Shown piece after piece: positions 39,601 through 49,670 of a stretch of DNA of 64,000 nt. A program made the position numbers and the translations under genes. The stretch comes from Octopus bimaculoides. Taxonomy: Eukaryota. The first letter of the stretch is position 1, and every line of letters starts with the position of its first letter. The stretch lies in the NCBI RefSeq assembly GCF_001194135.2, contig NC_068989.1, forward strand, positions 17,009,830 through 17,073,829. Direction: 5' to 3'. The notes beneath the pieces are model-generated. The model was given only the letters and a program-made list of their open reading frames with translations, was not told the DNA's origin and did not search any database.

Positions 39601-42600
39601 ACTGTTAACTTAATATTTAGACTATATATCTACAATATTTATATTTACACTACATTTTGATTTTTTGATTGGTATCAAAACAAAGAATCATGGAACTGCT
39701 AATACAAGAGGTTGCTTAATAAGGAAATTTATGAGAGCGAGGGCCTTCTTCATACAGAATCAACAGAAGGACTAGCCACTGAAGTTCCTATCTATGGAAT
39801 CAAAAATGTGGTTACAGATATGAGGATAGTTGGACTACTTCATAATATTGTGGTCATGTACAATCTATTACATTATATAACACAATATTGCAATGACCTG
39901 TATGTTGTTACTCATTATATCTTGTCTCATGTTAAGTTACATAATACAATGTTGTATTATAAAATTTCTCTGATGTTCTGACATCCTTCTCCCTTCTAGA
40001 TCTCTTGTCATCTCTCATCATCTTTCACCTCTTCTCCACCATTCTTGAAATCCTTGTGCCAGCAATAAATAGATGCTCAGCTCATACAAGGTAATCCATA
40101 AGCTGTCTGGAACATTTCATGAGTTTTTGTAGTGGTTTTGCTCAGTTTAACAAAACTTTATTGCATAGCAAGCTTCTAAATTGTCTTCTCATCCTGACTG
40201 CATTCTGCAAACTAGTCAGCTATATGACAAACGGTGTTTAGTGGGGTCTATTCAAAATACTCTTACAGCCAGTTCCTTCAATCTTGGAATAAAAAAAGTT
40301 GACAGGTCAGCTTATTAGCTGTAGTTAGCATCTATCAATCTTGAGAGGCCTTAGATCTGTGCTCGAAGAAACTGTGTCAGCTGGTGATGGTGGTGCAGCA
40401 TCTGTTGTGGCTGTGCAAGACCACAAATGGAGTGACAGTCATGCATACAGTGACTGCATTTACACTTACCTTGTATTATGTTATGTTGTATATACATTAT
40501 ACAATAGTAGGCATAAGAGTGGATGTGTGATAAGTAGCTTGCTTACCAACCACATGGTTCTGGGTTCAGTCCCACTATGTGACACCTTGGGCAAGTGTCT
40601 TCTACTATAGCCTCAGGCCGACCAATGCCTTGTGAGTGGATTTGGTAGATGGAAACTGAAAGAAGCCCATCGTATATATGTATATGTGTATATGTTTGTG
40701 TATCTGTGTTTGTCCCCCCCCCCTCGCCAACATCGCTTGACAACCGATGCTGGTGTGTTTACACCCCTGTAACTTAGCGGTTCGACAAAAGAGACCGATA
40801 GAATAAGTACTAGGCTTACAAAGAATAAGTCCTNNNNNNNNNNNNNNNNNNNNNNNNNNNNNNNNNNNNNNNNNNNNNNNNNNNNNNNNNNNNNNNNNNN
40901 NNNNNNNNNNNNNNNNNNNNNNNNNNNNNNNNNNNNNNNNNNNNNNNNNNNNNNNNNNNNNNNNNNNNNNNNNNNNNNNNNNNNNNNNNNNNNNNNNNNN
41001 NNNNNNNNNNNNNNNNNNNNNNNNNNNNNNNNNNNNNNNNNNNNNNNNNNNNNNNNNNNNNNNNNNNNNNNNNNNNNNNNNNNNNNNNNNNNNNNNNNNN
41101 NNNNNNNNNNNNNNGCAGCGAACTTGCGGTCATAGGATCGTGGTTTCGATTCCCAGACCGGGCGTTGTGAGTGTTTATTGAGCGAAAACACCTAAAGCTC
41201 CACGAGGCTCCAGCAGGGGATGGTGGCGAACCCTGCTGTACTCTTTCACCACAACTTTCTCTCACTCTTACTTCCCGTTTCTGTTCTGCCTGTAATTCAA
41301 AGGGTCAGCCTTGTCACACTGTGTCACGCTGAATATCCCCGAGAACTACGTTAAGGGTACACGTGTCTGTGGAGTGCTCAGCCACTTGCACGATAATTTC
41401 ACGAGCAGGCTGTTCCGTTGATCGGATCAACTGGAACTCTCGACGTCGTAAGCGACGGAGTGCCAACAACAACATTTAAACATACTGGGTGAGTCAAAAG
41501 TAGTGCCCAATTCCTGTTTTAGAGTTGATATGTATCATCTCCTAGTTGGGAGATACTTTTGATTCTTAATTCTTGTCTTATGGTTTGGGATATCAAAGAG
41601 TATTAACATGATACTTGGTTCAGGTTTAGTAACTTCCAAAACTGTCAGTAATAACCTGCAAGACAACAAAGAAACTGGGTGCTGCTTTTACTCACCCTGC
41701 ATTTTATATCTTAGTCAAAATGAAGAGGCACTTCTCTTGATCTTTGCAAACTTCAGACTGCAGAGATTGATACAGTCAATGTTCTGTTTAAATGTTGATT
41801 TCTGGAGAAAAAATTTGTGTGGTCAGTATTTGAGATCACCACATTATCTGACTCTTAATGATAACTAAACAATTATTTCTTTTCTTATCATTTCATCTTT
41901 TAATTTTGTTTGTTTGTTTGTTTGTTTCTTTTTTTATGCCTCCATTCCTCCCTCCATCCCTCCGTCCCTCCATCCCTCCGTCCCTCCATCCCTCCCGCTC
42001 TACGTCCCTCCCGCTCTCCGTCCGTCACTCCATCCCTCCCGCTCTCCGTCCGTCACCCCATCCCTCCCTCCGATCGGCCTCCCTTCCGTCCGTCCGTACC
42101 TTCCCCTCTCCCTCCGTCCTTTTCTTTCTTTCTTTCTTTCTTTCGTTCTTTCCTTCGTTCTTTCCTTCGTTCTTTCGTTCTTTCGTTCTTTCTTTCGTTC
42201 TTTCTTTCTTTCTTTCTTTCGTTCTTTCTTTCTTTCTTTCTTTCGTTCTTTCGTTCTTTCTTTCGTTCTTTCTTTCTTTCTTTCGTTATTTCTTTCTTTC
42301 TTTCTTTCGTTATTTCTTTCTTTCTTTCTTTCGTTATTTGTTTGTTTGTTTGTTTGTTTGTTTGTTTGTTTGTTTCTTTCTTTCTTATTTCATCTCTCCG
42401 TCTCTCTTATACACATTCTAGAAAAAGCTAAGGCATATCTGAGAAACATGATCACAGAATTCTTACAAGGAAAGATCAAAGAAATAAAATTGTCAGTTCA
42501 AGGAAAGTTGAAAGATTCTGAAAAAATAGTGAATACTAAACTGGATGAAGCTGGTTACAGCCGTTACCTCAAAAAAGGAAGACCTAGACTCGGCAAATCT

Positions 42601-42615
42601 GGAAGAACAAACTAA
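3658..42615 (+). CDS. CFAP119: Spliced gene, 9 coding exons: cilia- and flagella-associated protein 119 (CCDC189, CLAMP domain), 285 aa predicted
   Basis: Manual splice reconstruction gives one open frame: [58 protein letters not shown]...[87 protein letters not shown]...GRTN*. It matches, from memory, the CCDC189 hallmarks RPPFSIDLF...[25 protein letters not shown] and a C-terminal coiled coil. Confidence 0.88.
4071..4920 (-). mobile_element. Penelope-like retroelement, C-terminal GIY-YIG endonuclease fragment (decayed)
   Basis: [26 protein letters not shown]...(frameshift) [21 protein letters not shown]...[10 protein letters not shown]...(frameshift) [10 protein letters not shown]...[12 protein letters not shown], the typical PLE endonuclease layout. 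Confidence 0.8.
6542..7128 (-). mobile_element. SINE family A copy (gap inside)
   Basis: Same sequence as 681-1088. Confidence 0.85.
7140..12850 (-). mobile_element. Cluster of R4/Dong-type non-LTR retrotransposon fragments (RT, CCHC, RLE endonuclease) separated by (ATT)n
   Basis: Minus-strand motifs [30 protein letters not shown]...[54 protein letters not shown] and LLFMDDLKL. Segments at about 7140-7345, 7826-8191, 8495-9335, 9596-9850, 9882-11150 and 11218-12850. Confidence 0.88.
13675..15060 (-). mobile_element. R4/Dong-type LINE reverse transcriptase fragment
   Basis: ORF 13656..14312: [48 protein letters not shown]. Upstream [15 protein letters not shown]. Confidence 0.9.
15228..15850 (-). 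mobile_element. Dong-type LINE 5'-leader module, plus an internally deleted mini-copy (15743-15850)
   Basis: Same module at 7366-7805, 43049-43461(+), 44490-44947 and 50954-51425(+). At 44490 it runs directly into the LINE ORF N-terminus. Confidence 0.7.
15875..17705 (-). mobile_element. 5'-truncated R4/Dong-type LINE (RT to RLE and 3' end)
   Basis: [51 protein letters not shown] and LQKAALL. Ends next to (TAT)n at about 15850-15872. Confidence 0.9.
18960..19630 (+). mobile_element. RTE-clade LINE 3' end with (GAT)n tail
   Basis: RRLCWYDHV...[22 protein letters not shown], then the 3' UTR ending ccaacccatgccagc...gacgttaaatgat(gat)n. Confidence 0.8.
20383..20414 (+). CDS. CFAP119: CFAP119 exon 2, 32 nt ([11 protein letters not shown])
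   Basis: Acceptor ttttctctag, donor TG|GTAAGT. GRVVVW corresponds to PRICMW of vertebrate CCDC189, and the split W codon is completed by exon 3. Confidence 0.75.
20894..24160 (-). mobile_element. Gypsy (Mag-type) LTR retrotransposon, internally deleted, both LTRs present
   Basis: LTRs 23835-24160 and 20894-21251 (TG...CA). PBS TGGCGACGAGG at 23833-23823, PPT AAATTGGGAGA at 21262-21252, TSD CTGAA/CAGAA. Remnants of gag CCHC ([18 protein letters not shown]), protease QLDMGSD and integrase [18 protein letters not shown]...YHPRSNG. Confidence 0.9.
24665..24730 (+). CDS. CFAP119: CFAP119 exon 3 ([22 protein letters not shown])
   Basis: Acceptor accacag, donor GA|GTAAGT, 66 nt, phase 2-2. Confidence 0.82.
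25689..26078 (-). mobile_element. tRNA-derived SINE family B (tgtggaggcgcaatggcccagtggttagg... (AAC)n tail)
   Basis: Copies at 28972-29359(+), 33623-34001(+), 35742-36127(+), 41115-41473(+) and a partial one at 28190-28470(-). Confidence 0.85.
26948..27117 (+). CDS. CFAP119: CFAP119 exon 4 (ILAEIFNL...HEFCV)
   Basis: Acceptor tctttag, donor G|GTAAGT. Core of ORF 26934..27194. Confidence 0.88.
27251..27708 (+). mobile_element. SINE family A copy, full length
   Basis: ggcgtaggaatggctgtgtggtaag...gactgaaacaagtaaaagag. Confidence 0.85.
28972..29359 (+). mobile_element. SINE family B copy
   Basis: Full head to (AAC)n tail. Confidence 0.85.
30597..30667 (+). CDS. CFAP119: CFAP119 exon 5 ([24 protein letters not shown])
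   Basis: Acceptor ccttttcag, donor CTG|GTAAGT, phase 1-0. Confidence 0.88.
32143..32540 (+). mobile_element. SINE family A copy
   Basis: Homologous to 27251-27708. Confidence 0.85.
33000..33600 (-). mobile_element. Highly decayed RTE-like RT fragment
   Basis: Weak similarity to RT domains 1-4 (TSHISI..., QQHLQIY...FDFT). Confidence 0.35.
33623..34001 (+). mobile_element. SINE family B copy with TSD TAATGCCTCTTGTG
   Basis: Direct repeat at 33611-33624 and 34005-34018. Confidence 0.88.
35549..35665 (+). CDS. CFAP119: CFAP119 exon 6 (RPPYNMELF...[15 protein letters not shown])
   Basis: Acceptor atttctag, donor CAG|GTAAGT. Holds the most conserved CLAMP-domain motif. Confidence 0.92.
35742..36127 (+). 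mobile_element. SINE family B copy with TSD ATGGCAAGATAT
   Basis: Direct repeat at 35730-35741 and 36128-36139. Inserted about 75 bp after exon 6. Confidence 0.88.
36460..36690 (+). repeat. (CA)n-rich microsatellite in CFAP119 intron 6
   Basis: Direct reading. Confidence 0.95.
36760..37573 (+). mobile_element. Tc1/mariner-superfamily transposase remnant (DD37D-like)
   Basis: [30 protein letters not shown] and [21 protein letters not shown]. Right end reads CAGGGTGTAC on the minus strand. Confidence 0.7.
37705..37762 (+). CDS. CFAP119: CFAP119 exon 7 ([19 protein letters not shown])
   Basis: Acceptor atattag, donor AAG|[15 protein letters not shown] corresponds to VRLDLSLTY. Confidence 0.85.
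38350..38905 (+). mobile_element. CR1/Jockey-like LINE RT N-terminal fragment
   Basis: KATYPD..., [39 protein letters not shown] (decayed NYRPISL/QFGF/LDISKAFD). Confidence 0.6.
39060..39415 (+). mobile_element. RTE-tail retroposon (family D) with internal repeats and (GAT)n tail
   Basis: gcaccgactacactctcggagtggttggcgttaggaagggcatccagc...gcggacgttaaacgacgacgatgatg. Related to 19380-19630, 24956-25322 and 26450-26805. Confidence 0.8.
39459..39557 (+). CDS. CFAP119: CFAP119 exon 8, acidic linker ([33 protein letters not shown])
   Basis: Acceptor gccacag, donor AAG|GTTTGT, open phase 1-1 exon. An alternative in-phase donor follows 39476. Confidence 0.72.
40508..40833 (+). mobile_element. SINE family A copy, truncated by gap
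   Basis: Homologous to 27251-27708. Confidence 0.8.
41115..41473 (+). mobile_element. SINE family B copy (5' end in gap)
   Basis: Homologous to 35742-36127. Confidence 0.85.
41900..42400 (+). repeat. Compound pyrimidine microsatellite (CCTC/CCGT/CTTT/CGTT/GTTT)n
   Basis: Direct reading. Source of the spurious ORFs 41858..42431. Confidence 0.95.
42422..42615 (+). CDS. CFAP119: CFAP119 last coding exon ([21 protein letters not shown]...GRTN*)
   Basis: Acceptor cattctag after a very long pyrimidine tract. Coiled-coil-like heptads, TAA at 42613-42615, AATAAA at 42626-42631. Confidence 0.85.
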
Positions 42616-42693
42616 CAAAAACCTAAATAAATTACTATAACATAATATAAATGGAAATATAAATGCGATGGCATTTTATTCTTTGCTACGGTA

Positions 42694-42721
<28 letters not shown>

Positions 42722-42724
<3 letters not shown>

Positions 42725-42950
42725 GTGCTCATGGGAACTGCCCATATCCTACGTAAAATACTGTCTATGTGATCTCAAATTTTAAAACAAACACATAATT
42801 TTCTTATGGTTTCATAAACATTCTCTAGAACAACACTATGTACAAATCGAAATATATGGTACCCTAGGCATAACACCTACATGAACTTCTAACTTGTTGT
42901 CTCTTGAGGTCTCTGGGTGAGACTTGGACAAAGCAAAAGTCAAACATAAA
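42722..42950 (+). mobile_element. R4/Dong-type LINE 3' end between (AAT)n tracts
   Basis: VLMGTAHILRKILSM* followed by a 3' UTR and an (AAT)n tail. Confidence 0.75.
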
Positions 42951-43461
42951 ATAATAATAATAATAATAATGATAATAATATTAATAATAATAATAATGAT
43001 AATAATAATGATAATAATAATAATGATAATAATAATAATAATAATAATATGCAGTACCAGGCAGTGGCTCTCATGGCTTTTGATCTTAACTGATTGAAAG
43101 TATTATTATGTACATTGTTTTGTCTTGGTATAAAAGATGGGCTACAGCAGATATTCTGCTTAATACCACAGATAGTTGATCATGTCCCTTGGTTGCTGAC
43201 GATATGTGCATCTCTGATCGCGAGCAGAAGTAGTAGGGGAGCATCATAGCCATGTGTTGTGAAGAATTCTTTGGGGTTTGAATAATTCATCTCTGGAAAC
43301 ATGGGTGTTTTGTTCATCATCCTTAAACAAACCTTATTCAGAGACCTTTTGAGCAGGATGGGCTACTCAACCTGAAGGAAATTCTAACTGGGCCCCACCT
43401 GCAAGGTTATGTTCTGCTTATGTTGATATAAGATCACTATGTTGTGCACATATGGTTGTGA

Positions 43462-44946
43462 TGCATGTTGAGCGATTACCTGGAAAAAGTATGGCAAAGT
43501 GGCGGACGAAAATTACCAGCATTTTTCTCATACTTTTGTTTTGCAATTCCGCTCTACTCAGTCTATCAACTTGTCCTAAATGTCTTTTTAACTTTGTTTC
43601 TCACAAATTCGTGTACGCCAGTATGGCTTTTTTACATTCTGTTTGTTCTCTTCTTTTGTATCCAACTCTATCTGCAGCAACCAAAGCTGCAACCCAAATA
43701 ATCTTGTTAGTTGCAGTTATATTTCTCGTCTAGTATAGCCCAAAGACCGAATCTATCTTTCCGGTTTCAACTTTGAGCATGCGTCGATCAATGTACCTCA
43801 GATTAGTGGTGGTGGTGGGGAGGCTGCTTGATCCTGGTCTTCTCTAATATATTGGCACAGCGTCCTCACCGTGTCTTGGTCATCATCATATTCTTATGAT
43901 ACAGCTCTTCCCATTATGTCTGCTTCATTTACTGAGAATGAATTTACATTTACACTTTGCTCTATGTTTTCACTGTTGCCATTCATTTCCCTGTCCTCGA
44001 TGGGTACGTTATCTGTTGGTGAAGTATTATTTCTGTTTTCAACTTTTCTTTTTATCTCTTCAATTTCCATGTCTGTTAACCACCCTTTTGCTCTTATTGC
44101 TCTTATCTAGTCGGCTAACCATTTCTCACTTATTTTTAAGGGACCTATTTCATTCCATTTTACTTTCATACGTTGTAGAAATCTCCTTCTACTGGGTTCA
44201 TACCTGATCCAGTAGTCAATTCCTGTTCGGTTTGCCTCCTTATCCCACCTTCTTCTCTGCCTCTGATTTTCTGTATAAGCAGTCTCTAGATGACGACTGG
44301 GCCTGCGCTGCTCAACCGCAGGGCACCTGCCGGGTGAAAGGCTTTCACTTTTGGTTCCAGCCTCATTAATACCATTATTTGGTACCTTTCTTTTTTAGGC
44401 ATTTTCATTCAACATTGAGGTTTGTGCTTTAAGGTTAGCCACCAGCCAGTATTTTTATCGAGACACCATCTCTAGTAAGATCATCAACGATTGAGTGAGA
44501 GAGCAGTGCATACCATGAAAGTGACACTGGGGTAAAATATACGAAGCTCAGTGTACCTATCATGACTACCCGTCTGATAAGGGTACACCAGGCACATGCA
44601 TCACAACCATATGTGCGCGACATCGTGATCTCATATCCAGATAAGCAGCACATGATCTTGCAAGTGGGATCCAGTTAGAATTTTTTTCAGGTTGAGTAGC
44701 CCATCCCACTCAAAAGGTCCCTGAATAAGGGTTGTTTAGGGATGTTGAACAAAACGCCTATGTTTCCAAAGGTGAATTATCCAAACCCTTAAGAATTTCT
44801 CTCAGCACATGGCTATGATGCTCCCCCACTACTTCTGCTCATGATCAGAGATGCACATATCGTCAGCCACTAAGGTATATGCTCAGCTGGTTAAAGTCAA
44901 GCAACTGACCAGCAAATCTGTGGTATTGAGCAGAATATTTGCTGTA

Positions 44947-44947
<1 letters not shown>
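43462..44947 (-). mobile_element. R4/Dong-type LINE 5' end: leader plus ORF N-terminus
   Basis: RRRWDKEANRTGIDYWIRYEPSRRRFLQRMKVKWNEIG...LAD*IRAIRAKGWLTDMEIEEIKRK, the typical R4/Dong N-terminal region, preceded by the leader and (ATT)n 44951-45033. Confidence 0.8.
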
Positions 44948-45034
<87 letters not shown>

Positions 45035-45193
45035 GTCGTTGTTGTTGTTGATGTTATTAGCATTATTATTTTGGATACGCTCAGGTTCGGTCTTATTCAT
45101 GGTATGATTTATGTGGGAAACGGTATGCTATCTGTAAACTTAGGTATCAATAAGTTTTCAGCAGTCTTTCAAGTGCTTAGAATCTTCCTGATA

Positions 45194-46300
45194 TGTTGTA
45201 ACACTTTCGTCTGACTATTTATTACGCCCACTCCAGTATAGCAGTATTATTAGTTAGACAAGTAAGACCATGACTATCTATGACCGTCTATTTCGTACTC
45301 TCTACCATACTGACACTGACTGACAGTATTTATAATGATTAACACATACCACTTGTCACGGGTGGGGGTGGGGGGTTACCATTATTACTATCATCCCTAT
45401 AACATCTCTCCTTTTAAGTTTTTCTCTTTTTCTTAGGGAGTGTAATTTTATTTCTTTTATTAGTAATAATTTTTACATGTACGATTACAAATTTGATATT
45501 TTTTCGTTTGGCATCCACTTCCAGGAACTCCGTACATTTTCTTGTGCGTCTGGATTCAGTTATTTGTAGTGGTATTGGTACTTGAAAAGTATCATATAAC
45601 CATTCTGTTGGTTCGTCCAATCTTTTGGGTTCGCTCTCAACGAATCTTGTTTTAGTTGGTTCATGTGTCTCTTGTATATCCCTTTCCTTCCTTTTACTAT
45701 GTATAGCATTTTTCTTATGTGTTTGGCAATCACGCCATCTTCCCAACTTTGTTTTCCGATCTTAAATGTCCTCATAAATACATTTTCACCAACTGTGAAA
45801 AATCTGGATGTATTATCTATTGCAATTTTTTTTTTTCTTATCAGGTAGCAATTTAACGAAGACTGATTTTATTTTCCCCGCAAACATCAGCTCCGCTGGT
45901 GACATACCCGTTGGTGACATACCCGTTGGTGTATTTGGATTTGTTGTAGAGCTACCTAATCCGTGACTTCCTTGTTCGACTTTCTTAGGTCTCTCTCTTG
46001 AACATATCGACAAAGCGTTCTGCTTGTTCATTACAAAGACTGACACGTCAAATATATCTAAGAAATAGCTATTTACATATTCTTTAAGCCTGTGAGCACG
46101 TGTATATTTCTTTATATCTGTATGCATATGTGTGGATATGTAAGAGTTTCTATCTATTGCGTATGTGTGCGTTTGCTGGTTGATGCATGTGTATTTGTGC
46201 ATAGGTGCAACTTTCACCGCATTTTACGAACATTTGTGTCATTGGTTTCTATGGTTTCTAAATCAGTAATCACTGATTTACTGAATTTGTGATGTGAATG
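45194..46300 (-). mobile_element. Second Gypsy fragment: 3' LTR (45194-45404), PPT and integrase C-terminal remnant
   Basis: TGTT...AACA LTR with adjacent PPT (aaaaggagaga on the minus strand). Body homologous to 21330-21500 ([16 protein letters not shown]). Confidence 0.7.
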
Positions 46301-47192
46301 ACAAGGGATCGTTTGTCGAACTCGGGCTGTACAAATATAACAAAGGAACTGGCCAGTTAACTTGGTATTCGGTTGTATTACATGTTCTTTGTTTGTTTGT
46401 TTGTTTGTTTGTTTGTTTGTTTGTTTCTTTCTTTCTACTGCTGCTGCTACATCCACCACCACCACCACNNNNNNNNNNNNNNNNNNNNNNNNNNNNNNNN
46501 NNNNNNNNNNNNNNNNNNNNNNNNNNNNNNNNNNNNNNNNNNNNNNNNNNNNNNNNNNNNNNNNNNNNNNNNNNNNNNNNNNNNNNNNNNNNNNNNNNNN
46601 NNNNNNNNNNNNNNNNNNNNNNNNNNNNNNNATATATATATATATATAAAAACAAATTTACAACCCTGGAATCTTTATATATTAACCATCAATCTCACCA
46701 CAAACTAGATGCAGTGAAATCACGTCATCACGTCAGTGACCAGGCTGCAGTGGGTGGGACAAAAAATTTGACACCAAATAAACGTTGAAGTAATTTGAAT
46801 TGTCTTTATGCGTAATTGAATGGCTAATGTGTATCTTCCATGCTGCAGTTGTGTAAAAGAAACTATAATTCAATTCCAAAATGTCAATAAGTTGAAAATA
46901 ATGTATTCTTTTGTCTATTAGACATTTATTAGATATGATTAAATTGCTGAATAAAGTACATGCATACATGACAGAATGTAGTTAGTCACTGTCTGTCAGT
47001 TTCTATCTGCCTACCTGTATATCTGCTTGTTGCTATTTGTTTTTATTTATTTCAATAGTTCATTGATTTCTAGACGTAACCCATAACATAATATATGATG
47101 GTGATCATATGAAGAACTTGTTTGAAATAATATTATTGAAAAAAATTAGAAATGAGAATTGTGATGTCTATGCATCTCCCTCAAATATTAAA

Positions 47193-47442
47193 TCGTTGCT
47201 ATTATGTTAAACTGTCGTATGTCCAAATTTGGCCAAATGCGTTTTTTTCAATAGTTATTTTTGCTTGCAATAGCCGGTTCTTTTGGGTCAAACTATCGTA
47301 TCTCCAGCTGCTTCAGATGCCAAGATATCAAAAATTATCAAAGTGTAGTACAACGGTTTTGCCATTGAAAGGTGAAACTAGTTTTTCGTTTTCTGACAAA
47401 GCAACGTTTTGGACTTACGACACTTTTGCATAATGGCAACGA
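47193..47442. mobile_element. MITE-like element, about 250 bp, with about 35-bp imperfect TIRs
   Basis: tcgttgctattatgttaaactgtcgtatgtccaaa versus the reverse complement tcgttgccattatgcaaaagtgtcgtaagtccaaa. Confidence 0.65.
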
Positions 47443-47599
47443 AGTACATTAAGGAAATGATGGGAACACAATTTTGAACTGTTGAGTGTTTAACTCAGAG
47501 CCAACTCACTACTCTACATTGTTTATTGCTTCAGTGTGTATAGAATGTATAATAATTATTGGTGCTAGTCATCTATGACAGCTGTGAAGATTACCAAGG

Positions 47600-47772
47600 T
47601 TAGAGTGAATTATTCAGATTAAATACAGTGTTAACGAAAGTTGCTAGAGGTTCCATTGATCTGTGAGGAATTCGAGATGTTGACATGTCAGAACCATGGT
47701 ACGGTTTATATACAACGACAGCCATGGCTATGAACAGAACTATTAAGGTAACGCATATTCCACATGTTAGAC
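47600..47772 (-). CDS. Terminal coding exon of an unidentified single-pass membrane protein gene
   Basis: Strong acceptor tttctatttttctcttttcag. Phase-1 frame GLTCGICVTLIVLFIAMAVVVYKPYHGSDMSTSRIPHRSMEPLATFVNTVFNLNNSL* has about 20 hydrophobic residues and then a tail. Minus-strand AATAAA lies at 47527-47522. Confidence 0.65.
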
Positions 47773-48438
47773 CTGAAAAGAGAAAAATAGAAATTTAGAG
47801 AAAGAGAATGAGAAAAAAAAGGTAGAAAGAAATAGAGGGAGAGAGTGTGATAAAGGGAAGAGAGAAGGGGTTTACTGTAAATTTCTGATTATAATGGGTA
47901 AAAGGTAGTAGGAACTGGAAAAGTTGTTAAGGTGGTTTTCAAAGTCGCCCCTTATCAAATACAGACGACTATTCAATTGATAGACTGACTCTCTCGTTGA
48001 TACAATGATTCGACACTACTACTACGACTACTACCATGCTGCTACTACCACCACCAGCATACTATTTCTCCCACTATTACGAACCAGTCCTTAATATCAA
48101 CATCGCCAGTAAGGAACGATAGACAATTTCCAGTGTTAAAATAGTTACTACAATTATGAATCAGGAAGCGTTAAAAGGAGACCAACAATCACTGCCATGC
48201 GAACAGTGTAAGAAAAACATGTAAACTTTTAATATTGCTATCATGAAAGCTTAATTGAATTCAATTTATTTTCCCTTACTATATGAGTACATAGTCTTAA
48301 ACAATTAAAACCGGTTGTATATTTTGATAAAAATATAAATATTTCTCCTTTTATTCATCATTCTCAAAGCAGGTTTTCCTTGTTTTTGTGGGAAACTTAA
48401 ATTTCTCAATGTACATATATACGTACATATGCACATAC

Positions 48439-48474
<36 letters not shown>

Positions 48475-48889
48475 NNNNNNNNNNCCATTGAAATCGGGAA
48501 ACCGGGCCCATGAGCCTGGCTTTAAAAGGGCGCATTTGATTTGATACATGTATATTCATATACATATGTATATATATTCATGTGTGTGTGTGGGGGGGCC
48601 TAGTGGTTAGTGTGTCAGAATCATGATCGTAAGATTGTGGTTTCGATTCCTGGACCGGGCGACGCGTTGTGTTCTTGAGCAAAACACTTCATTTCCAGTC
48701 CGCTCAGCTGGCAAAAATGAGTAACGCTGCGATGGACTGGCTTCTCGTCCAGCTGGGGAACACGTACGCCATTGAAATCGGGAAACCGGGCCCATGAGCC
48801 TGGCTTTAAAAGGGCGCATTTGATTTGATACATGTATATTCATATACATATGTATATATATTCATGTGTGTGTGTGTATATGTTGACCC

Positions 48890-49230
48890 TGGCTAGAAGG
48901 CCAAAGAAATATTTCAGAGACCAGCTGAGGATCACTTTGAAGAGAAGTGACATCAGCCATTTAAGAGAGCAAATATAGCTACCAACCATTCATTCATTCT
49001 GTTAGTTTCACTTTAAGAGGATAACTGAAGATATTTCGGAGAAACGAACTCGCCTCTATTATGTGAAGCAAAGCAATGTAGCATGAACACAAAATTATAT
49101 TGTCTCTCACTAAAGATTTACTTGTCCCATCTTTGACTGTAGCTGCCCACCAAAGCTTGGTATGTACCGCCATCTTCCACAAATGAAGAAGATCGTTATC
49201 ATAGCATTCGATCGACAACCATAAGCATGT
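48890..49230 (+). mobile_element. RTE-clade LINE C-terminal fragment
   Basis: RRPKKYFRDQLRITLKRSDI...FTCPIFDCSCPPKLGMYRH (decayed terminal zinc finger). Confidence 0.55.
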
Positions 49231-49279
49231 CAATATATTGAGAGATCTCTATATGTATTCTCATTCCCTTTCTATTTTG

Positions 49280-49670
49280 CTATCGTCAGTTCGTTTCATC
49301 CATGTTTACAATTCATTCTGATCGCTTCTATCTCGTCCTACGTCCTCCCACTGACTCACATCGAACACCCCGTCCACAATCTCTCAATTCCACCACATCT
49401 GCCGCCCCTGTAGCTGTGACCATTATTTTGAAGAACAGTCTCAGTAGGTGATTCATCATTTCCTTCGACGCGGAGAATCCACCACCCTATACCATACAGC
49501 TCTCACCGACGTCCGTGTAGTCGATTACACCTCAAGCTTTCTTTCCGTCTCACCTACAATACTAATTATTTGCGCTGAATCCTGAGTACATTCCGACTCC
49601 TTGATTCCGACCTCAACACTTCTCATATTTTCACCAACCTACCCCTTACCTCCACACTAATTTTCCCGTA
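49280..49670 (+). mobile_element. Penelope-like RT thumb/linker fragment
   Basis: SSH...SQFHHICRPCS...HFLRRG...FRLTYN...ILSTFRLLDSDLNTSHIFTNLPL matches the PLE consensus SQFLRLRRICS...LVLTYHP...IF..PP. Confidence 0.65.

Noticed and set aside
41858-42431. ORFs of 173-233 aa rich in F/L/S/P, and similar ORFs at 18021-18489, 36439-36740, 44851-45100 and 57977-58510
   Set aside because: They are microsatellite translations. Only the last 64 codons of ORF 41914..42615 are the real exon.
43049-43461. HDV-like or hammerhead ribozyme in the LINE 5' leader (GGCAGTG/CACTGCT pairing, CTGACGA)
   Set aside because: No P3/L3/P1.1 GG after the putative P1, and no helix II-GAAA after CTGACGA. A covariance search is still worthwhile.
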